A stretch of DNA of 64,000 nt from Eledone cirrhosa (GCA_964016885.1 OZ024750.1:34596001-34660000), one strand, 5' to 3'; numbered from the stretch's first letter, positions 37,099-50,005 are shown. Notes: generated from the sequence alone by a model not told the origin. Program-made: numbers and translations.

Positions 37099-37569
37099 AA
37101 CATAAAAACAAAAACGTTTTATAGAGAAGTCTGGTTTAATCCAAACTATAATTTAAACTGTTTACATGAAACTGCATTAGCAAGGGTAAGTAAAAGTACA
37201 AAACAGAACTATGACTGCATCACATTAAATATTAAAGTTATTTCTTTATTTTATTGTAAATTTTCACTAGTAAAGATGCTATAAATATTTTTCACTAGTA
37301 AAGATGCTATAAATATTTTTTAGAAACCAGTTTTTAGATATTTTCTGCTAAACCATTGCTGGATGTTGAATTAATATGATGTAGATTTAGCTTCCATCTG
37401 TGGAAACTAACTTCATTGGTCACTAAACCTCAACAGAGCTCATCTATATTCACTATTTTTAACCAATTATTTCATTGGTAAAAATACATAAAAAAATAAC
37501 AAAAGATAAAGCCAAAAAATGGTATTTGTTCTCACATATGAGAACAAATGGAAGCTACCAACTCACACT

Positions 37570-37972
37570 AACAGTATATATATTACCTACAGTATATATA
37601 TATAACCTACAGTATATATAGATATAACCTACAGTATATATATAACCTACAGTATATATATATAACCTACAGTATATATATATATAACCTACAGTATATA
37701 TATAACCTACAGTATATATATATAACCTACAGTATATATAGATATAACCTACAGTATATATATAACCTACAGTATATATATATAACCTACAGTATATATA
37801 GATATAACCTACAGTATATATATAACCTACAGTATATATATATAACCTACAGTATATATAGATATAACCTACAGTATATATATAACCTACAGTATATATA
37901 TATAACCTACAGTATATATAGATATAACCTACAGTATATATATAACCTACAGTATATATATATAACTTACAG
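37570..37972. repeat. 18-24-bp minisatellite (TATAACCTACAGTATATA)
   Basis: About 19 copies. Confidence 0.95.
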
Positions 37973-37992
37973 TAACTCCAAGTTACACTCCC

Positions 37993-38027
<35 letters not shown>

Positions 38028-38030
38028 TGA

Positions 38031-38106
<76 letters not shown>

Positions 38107-38109
<3 letters not shown>

Positions 38110-38620
38110 TATTGATGTGCAATGTCAATGTGCATGAGCGACCAAGCATAGACAAGATGAGAGAGAAACTGTGTATAAGAGAGATAAGCTGTAGTGTGTG
38201 GGAGAGAAGACTGTGATGGTATGGACATGTGATGCGCATGGAGGATGACCACTGGGTAAAGAAGTGCCAAGAAATCCCAGTAGAAAGACGATGCAGTAGA
38301 GGAAGACCATGAAAAACATGGGTGGAGGTGGTGAGAGCAGACCTCTGATCTCTGAAATTCACCGAGGAGATGATGAAGAACCGTGACAAGTGGAGAGATG
38401 CTGTGCTGAATAGGACCTGCCCCAGTGGAAGGAAGACTCAGTAGAGGAAGACCTCGAAAATCATGGGTGGAGGTGGTGAGAGCAGACCTCAGATCGCTAA
38501 AGCTCACAGAGGAGATGATGAAGAACTGTGGGGAGATGCTGTGCTGAAGAGGACCCGTCCCACCCTTGCGAGCAGGGAAAAGCGGACGTAAAAGGGCGAC
38601 AATGATGATGATGATGATAT
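38107..38620 (+). mobile_element. RTE family B 3' fragment with internally duplicated end
   Basis: WYGHVMRMEDD remnant; ~38275-38420 repeated at ~38420-38555; same tail as SINE family C; preceded by (GA)n 38012-38107. Confidence 0.85.
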
Positions 38621-38865
38621 AACTAGCTGCCAATGATTGAATTCTGTGGACACTTTGAAATGAGCCAAAGAAATTATGAAACATTGAAAAGGGATGTAAA
38701 GAAGGGCTTGAAAGTGGATTTGCCAGGAAGTATGGAAGAGAAAGGAGAGCTGACATGTAAAGAGTATGGGAGGGTCTGCCTTAACAGGATTAAAGAGTCA
38801 TACAAGGAGCCATGTAAAAAGGGCTGATGTAGATTATATTGGTGCATATGGTATAACATCTGTGC

Positions 38866-39133
38866 CAGTAACATCTGTCAGTAACATCTGTCAGTAACAT
38901 CTGTCAGTATCATGTGTCAGTAACATCTGTCAGTAACATCTGTCAGTAACATCTGTCAGTAACATCTGTCAGTAACATCTGTCAGTAACATCTGTCAGTA
39001 ACATCTGTCAGTATCATGTGTCAGTAACATCTGTCAGTATCATGTGTCAGTAACATCTGTCAGTAACATCTGTGTCAGTAACATCTGTGTCAGTAACATC
39101 TGTCAGTATCATGTGTCAGTATCATGTGACAGT
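38866..39133. repeat. 13-bp minisatellite (CAGTAACATCTGT)
   Basis: About 20 copies. Confidence 0.95.
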
Positions 39134-39206
39134 AGGTATATATAGATATATGTATGTATAGGTATATATAGATATATGTATATATAGATATATATATATG
39201 TATGTA

Positions 39207-39956
39207 TATACGCAGACTAGAGAGAAACGAAGCTTGCATGCTCCACTGGATGTGTAATAGTAACATACGTGAACGACAAAGCATAAACGAACTAAGGAAA
39301 AAATTAGAAATAAGAGGGATCAGATGTTGTTTACTCGAGAGAAGGCTACGTTGGTATGGCCACGTGATGCGCATGAAAGTCGATAGCTGTATAACAAAGT
39401 GCAGGGCAATAAAGATAGACGGTAGCCACGGAATAGGCAGACCTAGAAAAACCTGGGACGACGTGATAAATTCCGACCTCACACACTTACACCTATCCAA
39501 GACAATGTCACTGGACTGAGATCTTTGGCGGTACTCAGTAATAGAGAAGACCCGCCTTACCTAAATACAAAGTAAAACCTACTACAGTCAGTAGGCATCT
39601 CTAACAAAATACACCCCCGTCCCACCACCCCCACTCCATCCAAACCGCCCCTTTCAATGTAAAGTTATGTTGGTCCCACAACATCCAGGCCGAAACAAAT
39701 GAGATTGTGTAGGTGTCATGACAAAAAAACACACAGTCCACGCTGTAATATGGCCGTGTAGGCAACACGGTAAAAACCTCCCAGACCCACACTGTAAATG
39801 TGGTTGGTGTTAGGAAGGGCATCCAACTGTAGAAAACCTGCCAGACAGTCCTATGCGAGCAAGACAATCGCTCTTGCCTCAAGTGGGAAAACCCCCGTCC
39901 AAACCCATGCAAGCGTGGAACACGGACGTTAAACGTTGATGATGATGATGATGATA
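39207..39956 (+). mobile_element. 5'-truncated copy of RTE family A
   Basis: Peptide IRRLERNEACML..RRLRWYGHVMR nearly identical to the full-length ORF end; complete 3' UTR with a single 112-bp unit; TA-rich sequence at both ends. Confidence 0.95.
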
Positions 39957-39979
39957 TATAGATATATGTATGTATAATA

Positions 39980-40265
39980 TGTCAGGTTACCAGTTGGTGC
40001 TACTGGTAACATGTATCCCAGTACAACCTGTCTCATGGTCGGGTCGTTGGTGACTAAACTGGCAACCCCACCAAGGTTTCTTGGTGAGGAGGGTGACTTT
40101 GGACATCCTGCAGGACTAAAAACAAAACCTGTCAAAGGGCAAAGGAGCTCTTAAGAGTCAATGGCCATCCAAAATCACCGGGAGTGATGACCCCTTAGCC
40201 TTTGTCAAGGCAGAATTCTAGGAGAAGGAAAACCCTGATATAACACCTGCAACTCTGATGGTATC
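39980..40265 (+). mobile_element. Probable 5' UTR fragment of another RTE-type element
   Basis: GC-richer structured segment with hairpins and a CTAGGAGAAGGAAAACCCTGA motif resembling RTE 5' UTRs. Confidence 0.4.
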
Positions 40266-40749
40266 CAATGATGTTGACTTGTTCTTCTTTTTGATAAATA
40301 TCATCTTGGTTAAGAGAGTGGGACTGGCTTTGTGCAGTGCCTTTGCTCACTATAAAAGCTTCACGGCACAGGCATTGCTTTATATCTGGAGATCTCTCTG
40401 CTCTTGTCGTCATATGGTACCATGGGCCCAGCACTATGTGTCAATAATTGTCACAGGTATAGCGTTTGTACCAGAGTTTTCAAGTCACTGGCTGGACTAA
40501 AAAGTCACACTCGTTCAGCGCATCGGTATGGGTTCTCCTACATGGATATAAAGTAGTGGCCGTACTCGAAAACGAGTTAGCAGCCACCATGTATGCATAA
40601 ATATGTATGTATGCATGTATGTAAATATGTATGTCGATGACAGACCAATATGGCGGAAGCTAATCCATGATGTAAACATCGATATTGAAAACCAAAGGAA
40701 GCAGGTCAAGAAGAAGAAAAGGGAGAAACAACTCAAGAACAGATCGACT

Positions 40750-40996
40750 AATATAATGGACTTTGTCATGTGACTAATGTAGACTTTGTCATGCTACTAA
40801 TATAGACCTTGTCATGTTACTAATATAGACCTTGTCATGCTACTAATGTAGACTTTGTCATGCTACTAATATAGACCTTGTCATGCTACTAATATAGACT
40901 TTGTCATGCTACTAATATAGACCTTGTCATGCTACTAATGTAGACTTTGTCATGCTACTAATATAGACCTTGTCATGCTACTAATATAGACTTTGT
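40750..40996. repeat. 23-bp minisatellite (ATGCTACTAATATAGACCTTGTC)
   Basis: About 10 copies. Confidence 0.95.
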
Positions 40997-41000
40997 ATAT

Positions 41001-41278
41001 ATCATCATCATCGTTTAACGTCCACTTTCCACGCAAGCATGGGTTAGACGGGTTGTCCCATTTGAGGCAGTTGGGTCAGGTGACCGTATACTATTCATAC
41101 AGAACTCTGTTTCTGGCTAGATTTCTACAGCTGGATGCCCTTCCTAATGTCAACCACATTTACAGCGTGGACTGGGTGCTTTTTGTTGTGAGTCCTACAC
41201 AACCACTCAACAGTGTGGACTGGGTGCTTTTTGTTGTGAGTCCTACACAACCACTCAACAGTGTCGATGGGTGTTTTT
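41001..41278 (-). mobile_element. RTE/SINE 3' UTR fragment with two 48-nt modules
   Basis: Tail, terminal module and duplicated module on the minus strand. Confidence 0.8.
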
Positions 41279-41454
41279 TTTTATAAATGAATATGGTAAC
41301 AGGAAGAACTAGGCAGGAAGGAGAAATTTATTTAGTGTTCAATCTTTGATGCTGACTCAATACATGTGTGTTTTTTCTCCCCAAATTTTTCTCTCATTTT
41401 TCCTGTTCCTTTTTCTCATCACTTGTTACTTTCTATTTATCTTCTATTCCTAAC

Positions 41455-41500
41455 TCTCTCTTCTGATGAAGGACTAGTGTCCGAAACGTTACGACTATCT
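41455..41500 (+). other. Minimal hammerhead ribozyme core (Penelope-like remnant)
   Basis: CTGATGA-A-GGAC(TAGT)GTCC-GAAAC-GTT-A; helix I poorly paired. Confidence 0.55.
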
Positions 41501-41631
41501 TCCTGCTATTTCAAGTATTAATCTAATATATTTATTCCATGTACTGTGCCGTTTTTTTGTTGTTATTTTTGCTTACCTTTTATACACACACTCACACACA
41601 CACACACACACACATATATATACATATATAT

Positions 41632-42085
41632 ATATAAGTTAAAACAATGAAATAAAAAATCAAGTCATTAGGGATATACTTCACTGCTTTACGATCGTTT
41701 CTAGGTGATGATAATCCATTGTAGCTATACTCCGTTATTGATCTATGTAAGGTTAGTTACAAAATATCAGATAAAGAGAATATTTACTTGCATGTGTATC
41801 ACCAGCTGTTTTCAGAAGCAATAATAATTTTATTCAGAATTAGTCCAAATAAGAACCTGATACTAACATACTACTAATTCTGAATAAAATTATTATTGCT
41901 TCTGAAAGCAGCTGGTGATACGCATGCAACTAAATAATCTCTTTATCTGATATTTTGTAACTAACCTTACATAGATCAATAACAGAGTATAGCTACAATG
42001 GATTATCATTACCTAGAAACGATCGTAAAACAGTGAAGTATATCTCTAATGACTTGATTTTTTATTTCATTGTTTTAACTTATAT
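41632..42085. repeat. Long inverted repeat: 213-bp arms, 28-bp spacer
   Basis: 41632-41844 is the reverse complement of 41873-42085 with about 8 mismatches counted by hand. Confidence 0.95.
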
Positions 42086-42222
42086 CATGACTCTGTTTTC
42101 CTTTTAATGTTTTATTGTTTTATTATTTTCCGGGATTTATCTTAACCTACAACATTTTCAACATATGGATTACATTGAGTTCTTCATGCAGAATAGACCC
42201 CACAACTTACTGTGGATACCTC

Positions 42223-42277
<55 letters not shown>

Positions 42278-42379
42278 TCTGTAGCTTTTAGATGTATACT
42301 CTGATGAAAAAAGGTGGAATACTTATATTTTTCTGACTTTTGGCTTAATTCCTGAGCTTGATATCTTCTATGTTAAAAT

Positions 42380-42948
42380 AGTTGTTTCTACTTTAGGCAC
42401 AAGGCCAGCAATTACCCAGTGCATAACTGGTACTTTATTTTATCGACCCCGTAAGGATGAAAGGCAAAGTTAACCTCGGCGGGATTTGAACTCAAACCAT
42501 AAAGGGACGTAACACTTTGCTGCAAAGCATGGCGTCCGACCCTCTACCAATACTGCCAATCCACTTAAAATAATGGTTTCTACTTTAGGCACAAGGCCAG
42601 CAATTACCCAGCGTATTACTGGTACTTTATTTTATCGACCCCGTAAGGATGAAAGGCAAAGTTAACCTCGCCGGGATTTGAACTCAAACCATAAAGGGAC
42701 GTAACACTTTGCTGCAAAGCATGGCGTCCGACCCTCTACCAATACTGCCAATCCACTTAAAATAATTGTTTCTACTTTAGGCACAAGGCCAGCAATTACC
42801 CAGTGTATTACTGGTGCTTTATTTTATCGACCCCATAAGGATGAAAGGCAAAGTCAACCTCGGCGGGATTTGAATTCAGATCGTAAAGGGACGTAACTAT
42901 GCTGGAAAGCATGGCGTCCGACCCTCTACCGATACTGCCAATCCACTT
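42380..42948 (-). mobile_element. Three head-to-tail SINE family M copies (~192-bp period)
   Basis: TTAAAATA present at all four junctions. Confidence 0.9.
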
Positions 42949-43253
42949 AAAATAATAAAAGTGAGCTAGTAATAGGAACAGATATTTTTATAACATAAAA
43001 CTAAAGTATCGTTAGTTTTGGCATTGATTTTTACCAATTTTTAAGTCTTATTCTGAAAAATGAAATAAGAGCCTATCTTGAAGGCTTTCTTTTATTTTCT
43101 GTTTTCATTTAACTCCAGTTTTAATAGGAATAATTTGATAGTGGTTAAGTTCAATATTTGAAACTTCCCTACAACCTTTCTGTGAGAGGTTGTATGTTAT
43201 AATATGGAACTATCTATAGACTGTGGAGAATGTTAATATGTACTGAACACACG

Positions 43254-43675
<422 letters not shown>

Positions 43676-43789
43676 TTTTTGTCCCCTTAAGATATATACA
43701 TATAGTTGCATAAAAGAAAAAAAACACATACAAAAAAAAATACTGTTGAATGAATGCTTGCTGATTAATACAACAAAGAATGAACAAAG

Positions 43790-44075
43790 AACAACCACAG
43801 CAACAACAAGAAGTCACAACATCAGTAACAACAACCACAGCAATCACAACCACCACCACAACAACAGCCATCACAACAACCACCACCACCACAACAACAA
43901 CAATAGCAACCACCACCACCACCGCTACAACCACCACAACAATAGCAACCATCACAACAACAACAATAGCAACCACCACCACCACCACCACACAACCGCC
44001 ACCACAACCACCACACAACCGCCACCACAACCACAACCACAACCACAACCACCACCACCACAACAATAGCAACAA
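43790..44075. repeat. (CAA/CAC)n microsatellite
   Basis: Direct inspection. Confidence 0.95.
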
Positions 44076-44260
44076 AAACTATACTCTATATAAAAACACC
44101 ACTAAAAGTTAGTATATATGTTCAGCAGTCAAGATAAGAGTTACATTTCATCTACATTGTTTTTTCGTTTTACTTTTATTTTATTATATTTTTATTTATC
44201 TTATTTTTACTTTTATTTTATTTTATTTTTATTTATTTTTTATTTATCTTATTTTAATTT

Positions 44261-44292
<32 letters not shown>

Positions 44293-44739
44293 TTTTTTTA
44301 AATTTCTGCTCAATTGTACAGCTACTATCTTATTGATTGAATTAATAGAGAGTAAGAGAGAGAGAATGAGAGAGCGAGAGAGATTGAGTGAGAGAGAGAG
44401 AGATACAGACAGCAAGAAAGAAAGAGAAAAAGACAGAGTGAGAGAGACAGAGTGAGAGCCACAGAGGGAGAGAGAGAGAGACACTCAGTCTGCTGCTTGT
44501 TATGAACTCGAAACAAAAATTGGGGAGTAATCTAAAAATTCCTTGTTTTTGTTGTTGTACTCTCCTACATTATTTTTTCTCTTTTAAAATCACATATGTA
44601 TGAAATGACATATCTATTACACCGTTCTATATATAGTGTGTACAAAATAGAGCTTGATAGCATTGAAAATGGCGCAATTTCATTGATATATTTGCTATTA
44701 CTGGATTGGATTATTATATTTTTGTAAGATTTCTCTGCG

Positions 44740-44922
44740 AGTGATCCTTGGAGTCACCTCAACCTTTCGGGAATTTATGATTGTTTCTGTTCTTTTTTTT
44801 TATATTTATTTTTCTTAGTCTCTGTTATAAATCTTACCCCCCCCTTCCCGGTATCGTCCTGTACTGTCTTTAATGTTTCCTTAATGTGAGCCCTGTATGG
44901 CTAATAAAGAAATTATTATATT
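44740..44922 (+). mobile_element. Possible 3' end of an L1/Tx1-like LINE
   Basis: Pyrimidine-rich 3' UTR ending in GCTAATAAAGAAATTATTA (polyA signal + (ATT) tail). Confidence 0.35.
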
Positions 44923-44984
44923 AAATATCTTAGCTGTATTTGCACTCATTTAAAAAGAGAAAATAATGAAATGATCATATAAAA

Positions 44985-45228
44985 TTATATATAAAATTAT
45001 ATATAAAATAAAGTACCAGTAATGCACTGGGATAATTGCTGGCCTTTTGCCAAAAGTAGAAACAATTAAATTATATATAAAATAAAGTACCAGTAATGCA
45101 CTGAATAATTGCTGGCCTTTTGCCAAAAGTAGAAACAATTAAATTATATATAAAATAAAGTACCAGTAATGCACTGATATAATTGCTGGCCTTTTGCCAA
45201 AAGTAGAAACAATTAAATTATATATAAC
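44985..45228 (+). repeat. Three tandem copies of the SINE M 3' end (~75 bp)
   Basis: TAAAATAAAGTACCAGTAATGCACTG..GTAGAAACAATTAAATTATA x3. Confidence 0.85.
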
Positions 45229-45432
45229 TTAGAACTTAATGAAATTAATGCTGAGGTTAACTTGGCCGTTCGTTCTTATGAGGGTTGATAACATAAGTAC
45301 CAGTAACGTACTGGCGTTGATTTCCTCTCCTTCAACTTTCTAATACCTTCCTTAGAATCCTTGTTGTTCCTAGCAAGGTTGTTTTCTGTAATAATCTCAT
45401 CTTGATGGTAATTCCTAGCTTTTATTGTTATT

Positions 45433-46182
45433 GTGGATTGGCAATATTGCTAGAGCGTCGGACACCATGCTTTAGAGTGTCGGACACCATGCTTTAGAGT
45501 GTCGGACACCATGCTTTAGAGTGTCGGACACCATATTTTAGAGTGTCGGATACCATACTTTAGAGTGTCGGACACCATACTTTAGAGTGTCGGACACCAT
45601 ACTTTAGAGTGTCGGACACCATACTTTAGAGTGTCGGACACCATACTTTAGAGTGTTGGACACCATACTTTGGAGTGTCGGACACCATGCTTTAGAGTGT
45701 CGGACACCATGCTTTAGAGTGTCGGACACCATGCTTTAGAGTGTCGGACACCATGCTTTAGAGTGTCGGACACCATGCTTTAGAGTGTCGGACACCATGC
45801 TTTAGAGTGTGGGACATCATGCTTTGCATGTAATATTCCTGGGGGTCCACAGGCAAAAGTATTCTTTTGTCGAATAGCTATGAGGGGTCCACCCCCCAAA
45901 AATAATAAAGGAAAAGGGGTCCATGAGTAAAAAAAGGTTGAGAACCACTGGTTTAGAACGTCGGACACCATGCTTTGGAACATCGGACACTATGCTTTGG
46001 AGTGTCGGACACTATGCTTTAGAGTGTCGGACACCATGCTTTAGAGCATAGAGTTACAGTCCTTTACATTCTGAGTTTAAATCCCGCCGTGGTTAACTTT
46101 GCCTTTCATCCTTACGGGGTCGATAAAATAAAGTACCAGTAATGCACTGGGTAATTGCTGGCCTTGTGCCAATAGTAGAAAA
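45433..46182 (+). mobile_element. SINE family M with a 22-bp tandem expansion between A and B boxes and a nested hAT end (45828-45951)
   Basis: (GTCGGACACCATGCTTTAGAGT)n, ~20 copies; GGTTGAGAACCACTG is a hAT-type TIR. Confidence 0.85.
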
Positions 46183-46215
46183 AATTTATTAAAAATAAAT
46201 AAATAAATAAATAAA

Positions 46216-46690
46216 TCATCATCATCGTTCAATGTCTATCTTCCACACTAGCATGGGTTAGACGGGTTTGACTCATATGAGGCAAGTTGGGTCAGGTGAC
46301 CGTGTCTGTATAGGACTGTTTCTGGCTGGTTTTCTACAGCTGGATGCCCTTCCTAACGCCAACTGCATTTACAGTGTATGCTCAGTGTTTTTTGCCATGT
46401 GTCCTATATGATCACTTTACAGTGTAGCCTGGGTGCTTTTTGTCGTGACACCTACACGACCACTTTACAGTATGGGCTGGATGTTTTGTGGTACCAACAT
46501 AACTTCACAGAGTAAGGATGGTGTGGGCAGAAGTGGAAGGGAGGTGTAGGTGGTGTGGGGGTGTATATTTGATTAAGAGGTGCTTATTGAGTGTAAGTTT
46601 AAGTATGCGTGCAAAGGGAAGGCAGATCTTCTGTATTACTGCATAGCGCCAAAGATCTCGATCCTGTGTCATTATCTCAGAGAGGTTCAA
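46216..46690 (-). mobile_element. RTE 3' end (ORF tail + 3' UTR with modules)
   Basis: MTQDRDLWRYAVIQK remnant; modules; (GAT)n tail. Confidence 0.85.
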
Positions 46691-46997
46691 ATAATAATAA
46701 TAATTATTATCATAATTCCTTAGAAATGTCGACATGTTTCCCCATTTGTCTTATTGATATTGTTCTAACTGTTGCCAAAACAATAAAACTGGAACTAATT
46801 ACCAAAGTCTACATGTACTGATAGATAAGCCTGTTGATTGATAGATAAAACTATTGATTGATAGATTTTAATGGAGATATTTTTGATCAGCTGATGAGAA
46901 AAGAACTTAAGACGAACTCTACTTATTATCTACACAAATGGAAATTTCATTCATCTCATCTGCTAATATATATATATTATATAAAGTAATTTCTTTA

Positions 46998-47165
46998 TTA
47001 TACACACTGAAACACATACACACGGACAGACACATATATGTATACATATGCACACACATATATATATACATATATACACACACACACACATATATCTATA
47101 TACACACACAGACAGACACATGTGTATACACATGCAAACATACATATATATATATATATATATAT

Positions 47166-47196
<31 letters not shown>

Positions 47197-47243
47197 TATA
47201 TCTATATACACACACAGACAGACACGTGTATACACATGCACAC

Positions 47244-47300
<57 letters not shown>

Positions 47301-48323
47301 TATCTATATACACACACAGACAGACACATGTGTATACACATGCACACAAACATATATATACATATACATATATATATATATACACACACACATATCTATA
47401 TACACACACAGACAGACACATGTGTATACACATGCACATATATATATATATACACACACACATGCATATGTATATACGCACACATATATACATACACAGA
47501 TTCATAAATACATACATATATATATATATATACATACATACATACATATATATATACACACACATATCTATATACACACAGACAGACACATGTGTATAGA
47601 CATGCACACACATATATATATATATATATACACACACATGCATATGTATATACGCACACATATATACATACACACATTCATAAATACATACATATACATA
47701 CATACATACATATACACACATATCTATATACACACACAGACACACATGTGTATACACATGCACACATATATATACATATATACACACACATGCATATGTA
47801 CATACGCACACATATATACATACACACATTCCTAAATACATACATATATATATATACATACATACATATATATACACACACACACATATCTATATACACA
47901 CAGACAGACACATGTGTATACACATGCACACATATATATACACACACATATATATATATATATACACACACATGCATATGCATATACGCACACATATATA
48001 TACACACATATATATATATACACACACATGCATATGCATATACGCACACATATATACATACACACATTCATAAATACATACATATATATATATACATACA
48101 TACATATATATACACACACACACATATCTATATACACACACAGACACACATGTATATACACATGCACACATATATATACATATATACACACACATGCATA
48201 TGTACATACACACATATATACAGACACACATTCATAAATACATACATATATATATATACATACATACATACATACATATATATACACACACACACATCTG
48301 TATACACATGCACACATATATAT

Positions 48324-48358
<35 letters not shown>

Positions 48359-48437
48359 CACACATACATATGTATATACGCACACATATATACATACACA
48401 CATTCATAAATACATACATATATATATACATACATAT

Positions 48438-48468
<31 letters not shown>

Positions 48469-48609
48469 CACACAGACACACATGTATATACACATGCACA
48501 CATATATATACATATATACACACATGCATATGTACATACGCACACATATATACATACACACATTCAGAAATACATACATATACATACATACATACATACA
48601 TACATACAC

Positions 48610-48662
<53 letters not shown>

Positions 48663-48688
48663 TACATACATACATATATATACACACA
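46998..48688. repeat. Compound (CA)/(TA) microsatellite with higher-order ~170-240-bp periodicity
   Basis: Recurrent anchors CAGACACATGTGTATACACATGCAC and CATTCATAAATAC. Confidence 0.9.
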
Positions 48689-48954
48689 ATCAGTAGTCTA
48701 GTAGGAATAGATCAGTCGTACTTTAATCACCATCAGAATAAGATGTTATTTTAGGATCAGCATAAACCAGTTACTAAGTGCAGGGAGTAGGAGGGGGGGG
48801 GGGATAGAGAGGGGGGGATAGAGAGGGAGAGAAAGAGAGGAGGAGAGATAGAGAGGGAGAGAAAGAGACAGATTAATTCATAGACAGTTGCTGGATTTTA
48901 TTTCTATGATCTATCATTTACTGTGGAGTTATTGTGTTGAATGTTGTGAAACCA

Positions 48955-49750
48955 CCCTTCTCCTCTCTCCACCCCCCTCTCTCTCTTCCAACTCTCCAAC
49001 CCCCCTCTCTCTCTTCCAGCTCTCCACCCCCCCTTTCTCTTCCAGCTCTCCAACCCCCCTCTCTCTTCCAGTTCTCCAACCCCCCTCTCTCTTCCAGCTC
49101 TCCAACCCCCCTCTCAACCCCCCTCTCTCTCTTCCAGCTCTCCAACCCCCCTCTCTTCCAGCTCTCCACCCCCCTCTCTTCCAGCTCTCCACCCCCCTCT
49201 CTCTCTTCCAGCTCTCCACCCCCCCTCTCTCTCTTCCAGCTCTCCACCCCCCTCTCTCTCTTCCAGCTCTCCACCCCCCTCTCTCTCTTCCAGCTCTCCA
49301 CCCCCCTCTCTCTCTTCCAGCTCTCCACCCCCCTCTCTCTCTCTTCCAGCTCTCCACCCCCCCTCTCTCTTCCAGCTCCCCACCCCCCTCTCTCTCTTCC
49401 AGCTCTCCGCCCCCCCTCTCTCTCTTCCAGCTCTCCAACCCCCCTCTCTCTCTTCCAGCTCTCCCCCCCCTTTCTCTTCCAGCTCTCCACCCCCTCTCTC
49501 TCTTCCAGCTCTCCACCTCCCCTCTCTCTTCCAGCTCTCCACCTCCCCTCTCTCTTCCAGCTCTCCACCCCCTCACTCTTCCAGCTCTCCAGCCCCCCTC
49601 TCTCTCTCTCCCAGCTCTCCAGCCCCCCCCTCTCTCTCTCCCAACTCTCCACCCTCCTCTTTCACTCTCTCTCTCCACCTCCTCTCTCCCAGATCTCCCC
49701 CTATCACTCCACTACCCTTCTCCCATTTCCTCCCCCCATCTCTCCCACCT
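48955..49750. repeat. Polypyrimidine minisatellite (CTCTCTTCCAGCTCTCCACCCCC, ~27-33 bp)
   Basis: More than 20 units; G-runs on the minus strand. Confidence 0.95.
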
Positions 49751-50005
49751 GATTTAGATCTCTTTATTCCATGAAGAATGTTTTGCCATTCACAATTTCA
49801 CTTGATTCAATTCTTTTACTCTTGTCTGTTAGATCTACACATGATACATTAGAATCAGATAAATTAGTTTCTACTAATCTACTTCTATTAATAAAAGGGG
49901 TGAACACTCCCTCCCTTCGGTCATGAATTACCATGGGTTTTGCACCTAGAAAATTTCCCTCTGAGGCACAAGAGAAATGTAATGGCCAATGTAGCTTGGC
50001 ACGTA

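Noticed and set aside
46890-46920. CTGATGA hammerhead-like start (also at 42301)
   Set aside because: No helix II or properly placed GAAA.
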